From assembly GCA_010093815.1 (NCBI GenBank), contig ML996575.1: a DNA stretch of 64,000 bases; one strand, written 5' to 3'. This stretch comes from Pseudovirgaria hyperparasitica. Its lineage: Eukaryota. The notes under the pieces were generated by a model, which saw only the letters and a list, made by a program, of their open reading frames with translations, ran no database searches and was not told where the DNA came from. Positions 1 to 11,251 of the stretch are shown in pieces; positions within the stretch are counted from its first letter, which is position 1, and every line of letters starts with the position of its first letter. A program made the position numbers and the translations under genes.

Positions 1-56
1 TCTAGATCCTTGAGGAAGTTATATATGCGCCCAAGAGCTAATTCTATTGCGTGCAG

Positions 57-982
57 TCTACACGTGCCAGAAGACGGAAGCGAAACGCTGCGATTTCTTC
101 CTCTGGGAAGATGATGCTAGGTTTCGTGAAGAAGGTGCGGTGCTGAATAATTCGCGCTCTGAGCCTTGGTCTGGGGTTGATGTCACGCCCTCCAAGCCAC
201 GATCTGTCATTGATATCACGCCCTCCAAGCCTGCGCAACAGCGAACACAATTCGAAGATGGGGGTTTCATACGGCGCGACAAGCGAAGTCGTGACGAGTT
301 TGAAGAGGACGACGACGACGAGTTTGGGGAGTCGTTCGATGCCGAAGCACTGGAATTGATGAAGCAAGCGGCCGAGACACCGAGCAAATCACGCAAGGTG
401 GATGCGTTGGCCATACCCAAGAGAAGGGTTCTGCCGTGGCTGAGAGACCAGGAAGGACAGAAGAGCGCTGGTGGACTACTGACACCACAGACGGAAAGGG
501 TGGTGAAGCAAGGACTCTTCACGACACCTACCAAAGAGACCGAACGAACAGCAGCTTCTACAACAAGCACGAGAGGCTCGATAACGCAACCACAGCTCAG
601 ACACCGCGAACCTTCACCTTCACCTTGCACGCTCAAAGCACTCGATAGCATGTCTACACCGGTACAGCTTACCGAAGCTAGGTCGCCGTCGAAAGATGCC
701 CCCGAACTGACGTCGGATGTGCTTGAATACCTGCGTGAGAGCAAAGTCCAGCTACCACCCCCGGTCCAAGAAGGTCTCAAGCAGCTTCTTAGTAAACACA
801 CGTTTAGAACCCAAGGCGTAATAAAGGGTCGTGAGATCTCAAGATTGGCGCTCAAAGCCAAAGATGCCAAGATTGTAGAATTGCAGCACCGAATTGCGGC
901 GCTTGAAGCAGACTTCGAGGCTGAGAGGGCGCAGAACAGATATCGTGATTGGGAAGTCAAGACAAGCAGTCACAATGACTGA
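57..982 (+). CDS. GRF-type zinc-finger protein, last exon (5' part lies outside the window)
   Basis: Branch site GCTAAT and acceptor GTGCAG (51-56), then YTCQKTEAKRCDFFLW, the C-terminal half of a GRF zinc finger. Followed by a disordered region and a C-terminal coiled coil. Confidence 0.75.
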
Positions 983-1748
983 TCTATGCCTGTTGCACTA
1001 CGTTGATTATTCTCTAACGAAAGCGACTGCTTGACCTGGCTTCCTGGGACGAGCTGGGCGTTTAGATGTATCTTGCTCGTGCACCGACGGTAGCAACATC
1101 ATGTACGCCATCATTGAGCAGGTAACGCCACAGGAGCACTTGACAAATCTATGTTGAGGCTCCATTACACACAGGAAGCCCATCAAGTATACGCAAAGGA
1201 CAAGTCTGCACACAAGTCTATACTGCTTTCCATCAGATCAGGGCCGATAGCGTGCAGCGATTGGAAGGGAGGAAATAAAATGTATTGTGGCGTCGACCGG
1301 TATATTGTGACGTTAGATGTCACGATATGTTAAGCAAGGGACGGGTGGGGCCGGCCAGGAGCTGAAGCGTCTCTGATTGGCCAGGTCTGCCCTGCGCGTT
1401 TTGTGCGTTCGATTGCTGACGACAATGACAAAGCCGATGTGCCAAGACCCATCTTTTGAGGTTTTTGTGCGGATGGCGAGCGCCACGGGGGAAATATCGT
1501 ATATATTTCCCATTATCTGGGAAATTGTCTTTGTAACTACTTTCCACACCCAAATCTCTGATCAAATTTACTTTACTTGAACTTCTTGTTCAGCCTGTCA
1601 CGCCACGGTGAACTGCAGGTGCAACCCATTATTCCAGACCCCTTAACACAATCACTTTTAGACTCATAACAATTCCGACTCAACTATAGCTGTATCACAA
1701 GCACGTCCAGAAGCAATTTGAGCTGCGTGTATCCCGATCTCATCCACA

Positions 1749-4700
1749 ATGTCATCGCCACAAGGCCAGGACCGGGGAGACCCAATTTATATCACTTCGA
1801 CGATTCTGATATCAAATCTACACTGCATTTCGTGTATCAACAGTATACAAGATTGTATCACTCATTTGGCACATAATGCGGAACTCATCACCCATTCGAT
1901 CGTCGCACACTCTGTGACCATCCGTCACGATATCGATATCTCCAGCGACGCTATCCAAAACTGCCTCGATGATGCTGGATTTGATGTATACAGTGTTGCA
2001 CGGAGCCAGGATGAATTGGGCGGTAGTCTACACATTAGCAACCACGAACGCTCACGTTCGAATTCGGACTGGTACGATGATCTGGAGCATGCCGTTTCCC
2101 GATGGAAAAGCTCTATTCGAAAGTCGAAATCGACCGACCTTGAGAGGCAGAGACGGCATATAGGGCATTGCGAGCAATGCCAGCACGAGGTCACTGCGAA
2201 TCTCATACAAGACAGCAAATCCCGTTCATCTTCTGCGGCATCCAAGATGAAAGCCAGAGACTCGGATGGAGACTCTGCCATTGCGTCTTTGGAAGATATC
2301 AGCGTGGCGTCCGCATCCGGTCATGAACAATTTCGAGCTATCGTTTCCATCTCTGGTATGACTTGCAGCTCTTGCGTGGCGAGCATTACGCATGCTATAC
2401 AGAGCCAGCCGTGGGTGGTTTTTGTCGATGTCAATCTCCTGACGAGTAGTGCTTCCGTCGTATACCACGGCAAGAGTAACGGAGACCTACTGGTGGGTCT
2501 TATCGATGATGCTGGATTCGACGCGACCTTGGACCGTATCGAGAATCTCACCTCGTCTCATGGGACTGGTTTGGATCATGACAGATCGTCCGGAGGTGAG
2601 CAATCTACTCAACGCACCGTGGCCATTCGAATCGAGGGGATGTACTGTAAACACTGTGTGTCGCGGGCTGTATCATCGATTGAGAACAGATTTGCGCCAG
2701 GAGAAGTCAACATCCTGACTCCGCCAACCGAGAGCAGTCCGATCATGGTCGTCCAGTATGTGCCAAAGCTACCAATGAGGACGATCCGATCGATAATTTC
2801 TGCGATCTCCTCAGTGGATCCAGCTTTCGAAGTCTCCGTCTACCATCCCCCAACAGTCGAGGATCGCGCGAGAGAAATGCACTCTCGAGAACGAAAACGC
2901 ATCCTTTTCCGTTTGGCTCTTTGTGTGGTCATGGCAGTTCCGACGTTCGTTGTTGGCATCTTATACATGAGCTTGGTATCTGAACACAACACTGTTCGGA
3001 TGTGGTTCATGGGGCGCTTCTCGCGACATACTGGATACGTTAGTCGTGCGCAGTGGATCCTATTCATGTTGGCGACTCCAATCTACTTCTTCGCTGCTGA
3101 TGTGTTCCACCGGAAAACGTTCAAAGAAGTGAAAGCACTGTGGAGGCCTGGTAGTCGTGTCTCGATCTGGCATAGACTGACACGATTCGGGAGTATGAAT
3201 ATGCTCTTGTCGCTGGGAACCTCGATAGCATACCTTGCTTCCATTGCAGAATTAGCTCTCTCCGCATCCGGGACAAGCGATGTTCCGGATAAAGACTACT
3301 ACTACGACACTGTTGTGTTCCTCACTATGTTCATCCTTGCTGGCAGATATCTCGAGGCTTACAGCAAAGCCAAGACTGGAGATGCTGTCAATGCTCTCAG
3401 CAAGCTACGTCCAGCGGAAGCAATCTTGGTAGACGCAGAGTATGGCCAGGACCAGGTTGTACGCACAGATCTTCTTGAAATTGATGATGTAGTCAGGATT
3501 CACCACGGTAGCTCCCCACCGTTCGACGGGACGATCGTAGAAGGGAGCACCAAATTTGACGAGTCCAGCCTCACTGGTGAATCTCGTCTCGTTGAGAAAA
3601 ATACCGGCGATCCAGTCTATTCCGGCACGATCAACCAAGGCGCGCCGACGACTATGCAATTGACCACCGTATCCGGGACTTCGATGCTCGACCAGATCAT
3701 CCAGGTCGTCAGGGAAGGCCAGACTCGTCGAGCACCTGTTGAACGGATAGCAGACAAGATAACCAGTCACTTTGTTTCGATCGTGGTACTCATTGCAGTT
3801 GTCACCTGGTTGATCTGGCTCACTCTTGGTCTTTCAGGTTCTCTACCTGATCACTACCGTGACAGTTCTACCGGCGGCTGGCCGTTGTGGTCACTTCGTT
3901 TCGCCATTGCTGTCTTCGTGGTGGCCTGTCCATGTGGAATTGGTCTTGCTGCGCCCACTGCTTTATTCGTGGGAGGGCAGCTTGCCGCTCGGCACGGAAT
4001 ACTGGTCAAGGGGGGTGGCGAAGCATTCCAGGAAGCTAGTCGGATCGACTGTATCGTCTTCGACAAGACTGGAACGCTGACTGAGGGAGGCTCTCCAAGC
4101 GTTACGGATCATTACATTTCTGAATCAGAGAACAAGGACATGGTGCTCAACTTGGTTCATGCCCTAGAAGAGCAGAGCAGCCACCCTATTGCTAAAGCTC
4201 TCGCAAGTTTCTGTAATTCTGACGCCAAACTACCAACAATGCCACCTTTTGAAGTGACTGAAATTCCTGGAAAAGGTCTCGAGGCTATATTTTCGCTACC
4301 AGAGGACACTACCTCGCAACCCGTAGCTGCCCTCATTGGCAACGAAGCTCTCTTAGCCTCCCACTCCGTGCCCCTAACCCCTATCCTCGACCTGCTCTCC
4401 ACCTGGCAATCCCAAGGCAAATCCATCGCCCTCCTTGCCCTCTGTCACAACCCCTCAACACCCTACACCCTCGCCGCCGCCTTCGCCATCTCAGACCCAC
4501 TCCGCCCCTCAGCCGCACCCACCATCGCCGCCCTCAAACACCGCGGCATCGAAGTCTACATGCTCTCAGGCGACAACCCCACCACCGCCCGCGCCGTCGG
4601 CGCCCAACTCGCCATCCACCCAAACAACATCTTCGCCGGCGTCCTCCCCAGCGAGAAAGCCGACAAAATCGCATACCTGCAAGCCACACTGCCCAGCAAG

Positions 4701-5132
4701 CGCACCGGCCGCCGCGCACACATCGCCTTTGTCGGCGACGGCATCAACGACGCCCCCGCGCTCACCCGCGCCGACGTCTCCATAGCCATCGGCTCCGGCT
4801 CGGCCGTCGCGCTGGCGTCTGCGGGCTTCGTCCTGCTGCGCAGCGACTTGGCCGCCGTGCTGACGCTCGTTCGGCTCAGCCGTGTGGTGCTGACGAGGGT
4901 GAAGTGGAACTTCGCGTGGGCGCTCGTGTATAATTGTGTTATGGTTCCTGTGGCGGCGGGTGGGCTGTATGCTGTCAGGTCGGCGGGTGGTGGTGCGCAT
5001 GTCAGGCTTGATCCGGTTTGGGCGAGCTTGGCTATGGCGGCGAGTAGTTTGAGTGTGGTGGGTAGTTCGGCGCTGTTGGCGACGAGGGTTTGGGGGATTG
5101 GTTGGAGAGGTGGAGGGGAGGTGAAGCGGTAA
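1749..5132 (+). CDS. P1B-1 heavy-metal (Cu+) transporting P-type ATPase
   Basis: Intronless 1127-aa ORF. HMA-type CxxC motifs (LHCISC, GMTCSSC, GMYCKHC), TGES, CPC, DKTGT, HP, GDGIND, and the YN and MAASS transmembrane ligands typical of P1B-1 pumps. Confidence 0.95.
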   Translation: MSSPQGQDRGDPIYITSTILISNLHCISCINSIQDCITHLAHNAELITHSIVAHSVTIRHDIDISSDAIQNCLDDAGFDVYSVARSQDELGGSLHISNHERSRSNSDWYDDLEHAVSRWKSSIRKSKSTDLERQRRHIGHCEQCQHEVTANLIQDSKSRSSSAASKMKARDSDGDSAIASLEDISVASASGHEQFRAIVSISGMTCSSCVASITHAIQSQPWVVFVDVNLLTSSASVVYHGKSNGDLLVGLIDDAGFDATLDRIENLTSSHGTGLDHDRSSGGEQSTQRTVAIRIEGMYCKHCVSRAVSSIENRFAPGEVNILTPPTESSPIMVVQYVPKLPMRTIRSIISAISSVDPAFEVSVYHPPTVEDRAREMHSRERKRILFRLALCVVMAVPTFVVGILYMSLVSEHNTVRMWFMGRFSRHTGYVSRAQWILFMLATPIYFFAADVFHRKTFKEVKALWRPGSRVSIWHRLTRFGSMNMLLSLGTSIAYLASIAELALSASGTSDVPDKDYYYDTVVFLTMFILAGRYLEAYSKAKTGDAVNALSKLRPAEAILVDAEYGQDQVVRTDLLEIDDVVRIHHGSSPPFDGTIVEGSTKFDESSLTGESRLVEKNTGDPVYSGTINQGAPTTMQLTTVSGTSMLDQIIQVVREGQTRRAPVERIADKITSHFVSIVVLIAVVTWLIWLTLGLSGSLPDHYRDSSTGGWPLWSLRFAIAVFVVACPCGIGLAAPTALFVGGQLAARHGILVKGGGEAFQEASRIDCIVFDKTGTLTEGGSPSVTDHYISESENKDMVLNLVHALEEQSSHPIAKALASFCNSDAKLPTMPPFEVTEIPGKGLEAIFSLPEDTTSQPVAALIGNEALLASHSVPLTPILDLLSTWQSQGKSIALLALCHNPSTPYTLAAAFAISDPLRPSAAPTIAALKHRGIEVYMLSGDNPTTARAVGAQLAIHPNNIFAGVLPSEKADKIAYLQATLPSKRTGRRAHIAFVGDGINDAPALTRADVSIAIGSGSAVALASAGFVLLRSDLAAVLTLVRLSRVVLTRVKWNFAWALVYNCVMVPVAAGGLYAVRSAGGGAHVRLDPVWASLAMAASSLSVVGSSALLATRVWGIGWRGGGEVKR

Positions 5133-5889
5133 GTAGACGAAAGGTGCGATTTTGTTAGGGAGAAGGAACGAGGACTGTGGATATGAGATACCCCTATTTG
5201 TTCCGCAAGTTGTCACACTGTAGCTCTACATGGTCATACTAGAACACACACATCATCCTTAAACGATGAGGCTAACACTTAATCTACTACATCCAACCTG
5301 AAACTACGTCTAACATCCACACGCCCTATCTTCCCCAAAAATTAATGAAAAAAATTCCCACTATCCAGACCAATTGTGGCATATCACCTTGCTACCGGTA
5401 GTCTACGGTGTATTGGAGACTGGTCATGCAAAGGCAGTATCACAAATATAGTCAGGGCACAATTCAGGCACATTTCAGGCCGCTGCAGCGAAGTGTCCCC
5501 AGACTAAGGTCCTAGTACTGTATCAATGATAATAATGAAACTTTCTGCAACAACAAGCGAGCGGTCCGTCCGGTGTTGTGGCGTTGGGCGTCGAGTATGC
5601 GGGCTGGTTTGTCGTGTTTGTGTTATGTTGTGTACTTCCAGCTACTACTTAGTTGGTGCGTCTTGGTTGATGTGTTTGACTGGTTGTTCTTGAAACATGC
5701 TACATGTAGGGGAGGGTAGATTGGTGAGATGTGTGTACCCGGGAGACTGCGTGGGAAGGACGATGTAGATTCGTTGAGATAAACGTGATAAGATACAATC
5801 TTGGGTTCGGAAGTAGGGAAAGTGGTTGTAGGAGGAAGGGACCCGTTGGGACTCTGATAGTGGACCCAGAGCCTATCCATTATCACCCC

Positions 5890-8800
5890 TTATCTGGGCA
5901 GCCAATATCCGTAGGGCGGATCGTATTCTTCCGGCCATTTGTAGGATACAACGTCTTCCTCCGAATCTTCTTCGTCCCATGACGGAAGTTTCGTAATGTC
6001 ATCCAGTGCTATTTTCTGTCTGAACGCAGCAATGAGCTCTTCCTCTGGCGCTTCCCATCCCTTTCCGTCTAAGTTCGGCACTTCAGGGGTCTTGTCAACC
6101 ATTTCGCCGTAGGGTTGTTTTGGATTCACAGGTACAAGCATCCGCATCGGTAGGCATGTCTCTAGGACATCCCACCAGACAAGCCACAACGTGTGATACT
6201 CAAGGTCTCGATGAGATCGCAATATCTTACGGTATACGTGCATGTATGAATTTAACGCCACGGCCATCTCCCGATCCTCATCTTGTATCTCCACACGTTC
6301 AGCTTCATCCTTGACAGTCCTAAACGTATCGCCTATGCATGCAGGAAAGCAACACGTGTGGACCATATCTAGCCGTTGGAAGATCTCAACTCGGATTATG
6401 CCCTCGCAATTCTTGATATCCCACGCAGTAGGTGCTTCTCTAAGTAATTTCTTCCCCCCCAAGTCGTTAAAAAGTTCACGATTCGATACCCTTCTCCATA
6501 GTATAGACCCTGGAAGGCATCCATCTGGGCTGCAGGAACATGAGCAGGAATCGTGGGTGGACCAGCCAATATCAAGGCCCAGGGCCTTCCGAAGAATTCT
6601 CGCGTTCCCCATGCAAGAGACGAACGTATGCGCACCTGAAGGGTGTAGAATCGGGCTAATCAGGTGAGTTTTTGCCCCCTTGGATAGGAACCATTGCATC
6701 ATTTCCACTTTGGCCTCACCGCAGGCCACATAAAAGGGCGTCATGCCATTTTTGAGATCAGCAATGTCTATCTCCTTAAAGCCTGCATCATAAAGAGCCT
6801 GGGCAAAGATTGTCCCTCCATCACATCTGCAGTAGTGATACACAGATGCTGCTCCGAGAGACTGCCACCGACTGGGTATGTCGTTATATCCAGCCTCCCG
6901 AAGTTTGAAGATCAGGTTGTTTATTTTGTATTCTGAAGGAAGGTTCTGATCTTCCTTGTCAACGTCCAACTCCTTGAAAATGTGAGCCCCCAGGCGTTTT
7001 CGAGCATATGATATTAGTTCCAGGCGAACATTTGCCAGGGCCTGTGCAATTACATGACAGATTCGCTCATAGTTTCTACCAATACCATGAATATGTCTTA
7101 ATATCATGACCATGTCAACGCTGTCAAGGCCAGAATCATACTTCAAATCTAGTAGAAGCGTGAGAGACTCCCAAAGATGGTCTGTGGGGCACCAATATTC
7201 CGGAAACCCCCAGGATACCTCAAGACAAGCACCATATTCAAGGAGGACTTGCATTCCTGCTGGCCAGTCGAGAGCTAGGATGAGCGCGTGGTGGTCACCT
7301 GCCCCTTCATTACGTAAACTTGGAGCCCAGTCTTTATCAAGTAACGCACGCAAGGTAAGGACGTCTCTTCGCACGATGGCGCAATGCAGTTGGGGTAGGT
7401 CCAAAGCTGACACAGAAATTGTCAGCGCCCGTGACTCTAAAGGTTCAGGAAGTATAACATGTCTCACCTTCTGCTAGACCCGGATGATTGAATAGCAACT
7501 CCGGAAGTCCTTCAAGATTATAGCTTTGGAAAACTATACTATGATCCTGAGGTATTTCACAGCCGTGCTTAACGAGTTCATATATAAAATGTGACCACGA
7601 GGGAGTTGTATGATCTAGCGCAACTTCCAGTGCATTACTCCCAAGCCACACTCCACCAAAGGTGGCATTGAAGTCGACGCCACAATCAATGAAAAGATCC
7701 AAAATCTTAGAAATGTGCGCATTAAATGAGTTGAGGTCTCCGATCGGAGTCACACTATCTATTAGATGCTGAGAACAACATTAAAAGCCGCGTAATATAA
7801 CGATCATTGCAAACTCACATATAAAAGATTAAACCCATGTATATCCTGAGCTTTACCATGAAGTTCTCCGTGTTGTCTCTTATGCGTGAGGTCTCTGCAA
7901 AGGTCTGCGAGGAGTATGTCTACATGCTCTAGATAGACGTTATGTGGAATAAGACAACGAAACATTTTAAGAGACAGCTTATTGAGCTTATTTCTGACTG
8001 CAATCACCGTGGAGAAAGTTGGGTCGAGGTTTACATTAACGATCGTAATAAGGTCAAGCTTTGATGCAATCGAGAATGCGCCTGCGCCTGTGGTCATAGA
8101 GAATGAGTATACTATAGCCATTGAGACGATAGGCCATAGAGTGAGTCGTCCCTTGTAATACTGCCGGTCAGCTCTCCTTTGTAACATCATCGTGGTCACT
8201 TTCTTCAGGGCAGCGGGCTTAGACATCAGCCGTCGTACTAAACGTAGTTCCTGCTAGGTCTCAGCGTCAAATAATGACTCAAAGTGGATATCTTACCGAT
8301 GAATTTTGTTCCGACGTGATACCTTCTACAAGAGATTGCTGATGGATATTGTCAGCGATAATTACGAATTCAAGACCTGATCACTCACGGTCAACTGCAT
8401 TTCGTCGGACATCGCTCTGTTTCGCACATCGATCAGAGTGGTAAAAGATAGGGATTTGATGGCATTGAGAAGTCGATCCTCGGTCTGAGCTAGTGCGTGT
8501 TCGAGGTGTTGCAAGGATTGTTCATTCCGGGGCTGGATAGACTCCAAAGTTCTCATCAGCTGTGAGTGCTGCATTTGACTGTCCCCAGTAACGGAGTCCA
8601 CTTTGCTGTAAATTTCTGCCGTGCGCAAATTGATTTCTCCAGTATTTTTGAGAATATGCCGAGATGATTCTCTGATGTAAGCGTCAGCCTAGTTAAGTTG
8701 CCAATAATTCACTTACCCTTGGTCTACATGGAAGATCACAGCTAGACTTTCATACCAAAGTGACAGATCAGTCCTTGTTCTTTCCAGCACGACAAGTTGT

Positions 8801-9189
8801 TCGGTTATATCCCTAGAATCCTTATGCGCAGATACAGCCTTCCTACTTTTTTTTAAAAAGCTGTCTGAAGCGTCGTAGGAGTTTGCCTCCAGTTCAATTA
8901 GGATTCTCGTGATGGTCACGATACATTTTTCATGAAGTTGTCGACCCTGAGGAAGGGAGTCAAGAAGGGCCGTACATGCAGCAGCGGAGTTGGCTCGTGG
9001 CTGCAATGCGAGTAGGCTGTCTCTCTGCTCCACAAGGACCTCTCTCGACTGTTTTAATTGATCATATAGGTGTTTGTTCTTCCGGTTCACATTCCTTAGA
9101 TCAGAGCACAGCTTCGACAGACACTGAGTCGCCCTCAATCCCACATCTACGAGTTGAACAACTCCAGCGACCACACCTAGTTCTGCCAT
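5890..9189 (-). CDS. Multi-exon protein with a HeLo-like/fungal STAND-type N-terminal domain, ankyrin-like repeats and a Cys-rich C-terminal region
   Basis: ATG at 9189 (MAELGVVAGVVQLVDVGLRATQCL). The ORF-track pieces 8713-9189, 8362-8628, 7804-8226, 7445-7753 and 5890-7467 are joined by GT..CTRAY..AG introns (e.g. 8672-8716, about 7401-7467). Ankyrin-like segments LPQLHCAIVRRD and NGMTPFYVACGEAKVEMMQWFLSKGA. Confidence 0.7.
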
Positions 9190-9950
9190 GGTAGTGTCAT
9201 TAATGAATGTGTTCAGAGGCCCGTGATTCAGAAGTTTGTGATTTGTGGAACGTCTGGTAATGCTAGATGTTGGACATGAACATCTCATGTACGAGACGAA
9301 TGATGCCACAGCCCACAAGAAACCGAGGCCGCTCAGCCTCGCGTGGGGGCTCGAACGGAAGCTGGTTGCCTGCCAGCTCATCATGCATGGCCTGATAGCC
9401 AATCTGATGTCAATGATCTTGTTCGGTCAGCCTTGCGACACAGGGGACGGTGATTCAGCCTTGCGACGATGCGATCAGTCGGGCAACCAGTGAGACGGGA
9501 GTATGGACTCCCAGGTATTGTCAGCCTATCTCAAGAATTGTATCCTCAGAGATTTAAATTGGGGCAACGTGCGGACACATGATGGGATGTTAGCTTGCCT
9601 GTCAGGCTATGAAACAGAATATATTCATGGATAGACTAACAGTCGCCAAGACGCACGTACGCTGAAGAATTATATACAGTCCCGGTATAATCTTTATGTG
9701 TAACACTATAATGGACCTATATTGTACGATATTAACCTCCTACTCATAGAACACGAAGAAACCTTTATTACAGAGCTACAAACCGAAAAGAAGAATGAGA
9801 TCCTGTGGGAAACCCGGTGTCAGTGGGACGATCGCCGATGATTCCCCGAAAGTCGTTAATGATGCCATAGTGTTAAAAATATGTCCCAGACTTTATCATG
9901 ACTAGTGCATCGATACGCTCCTCACAAGATTGTAAACTAGACGTTGAAGT

Positions 9951-10864
9951 ATGGTTGACGAGTCAAAGTTCGCGGAGAACTTCTGGTTGTTTGGCTACGG
10001 GTGAGCATTTCACCTACGTCCTCCCAGTGCTCAAAATTTTACATTCATTACAGAAGCTTGATATGGAAACCACCCCCTCATTTCGGTCAGAAGTCATTGA
10101 CATTATGATTGTTTGAATCGTTTAACCGAAAGAAGACAAACGTGTGCCAGGGTTTATAGAAGGCTATGTCCGAAGATTCTGGCAGGTGAGTCACGGGACC
10201 TCAACGTCTTGGTATTTACTCATCAACTTGATGTAGGCCAGGTGTGTATTCATTCTTGACGATGAGACGGTTCGTGTAGTGAGAAACTGATTCTCCAAGC
10301 AGCGAAGACCACCGCGGTACCCCAAATGCTCCTGGCCGCGTCGTGACACTCATCGACCACAACCACTGGATGACCCTCTCTGCGCACGACCTACACAAGA
10401 GTACCACCTCTACAAAGGTTTGGGGCGCGGCCTACCATATACCCCCCCAACACGTCGCCGAAGTGCGTGAATACCTCGACATCCGCGAGATCAACGGCTA
10501 CAGCATTCAATACACTCCCTTCCATCCCACTGATTCTAGTTCCCCACCCATTCATTGTTTGGTGTATATCGGACTACCAGATAATCCGCAATTTCTGGGT
10601 GCGCAGGAGCCAGAGGCTTTGGCGAATCATATCTTGAGGAGTTCGGGACCAAGTGGCGCTAATAAAGAGTATCTATATATGTTGGAGACGGCGCTAGACG
10701 GATTGAGTATGGATAGTGGGGATGAACATGTTTCAGATTTGGCAAGACGATGTAGGAGGCTAGAGGGCGTGGATGTGGATGATACGACGGAGACCAGGAA
10801 GGAAGTTGAGGAGGAGTTGATGGATCCGGGTATGACGGACGGAAAGGAAGAAACGGAGAAGTAG
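9951..10864 (+). CDS. GCG1: ChaC-family glutathione-specific gamma-glutamylcyclotransferase
   Basis: Spliced reading MVDESKFAENFWLFGYG/SLIWKPPPHF/DKRVPGFIEGYVRRFWQ/AS/EDHRGTPNAPGRVVTL...YLDIREINGY...GPSGANKEYL. Four introns. Confidence 0.93.
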
Positions 10865-11251
10865 GGGTTGATAGGATGATTTGATGAGCAACGATAGAAG
10901 CTCCGTGTTATTATGTAGAGTTGAATCTGTGAATCTGACAATGATCCTGCTAAAGAATTTGACTAGAAGGTGTCCTTTATTCACACCATTCTCTTTCGAT
11001 CTATGCCTACCCGCAAGATGAATGAGAGTATCTCACATATCATAGAAACTTAGAGTCTCACAGGTCGATCCGGACAATAACAAAGGCTTGCTCGATTGAG
11101 CATGGCTGCAGATCTCCATCACGGGCGAGAAGCCACAGATAGGCGGTAGTCGACTAGAAGTCATCGGTATTTGATGGACCAATAGGTTTACACATGCAGA
11201 GTTCTGCCTAAGGATCGCTTGAGGCTATTCCTTTGGCCTTTCAGCTGCAAC

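Noticed and set aside
58..960. Long antisense ORFs (58-960, 4566-5216, 58486-59280 and others)
   Set aside because: Shadows of real genes on the opposite strand, favoured by biased codon composition.
1684..1730. Ace1-type copper-response elements upstream of the ATPase
   Set aside because: The consensus is short and degenerate; matches are expected by chance.
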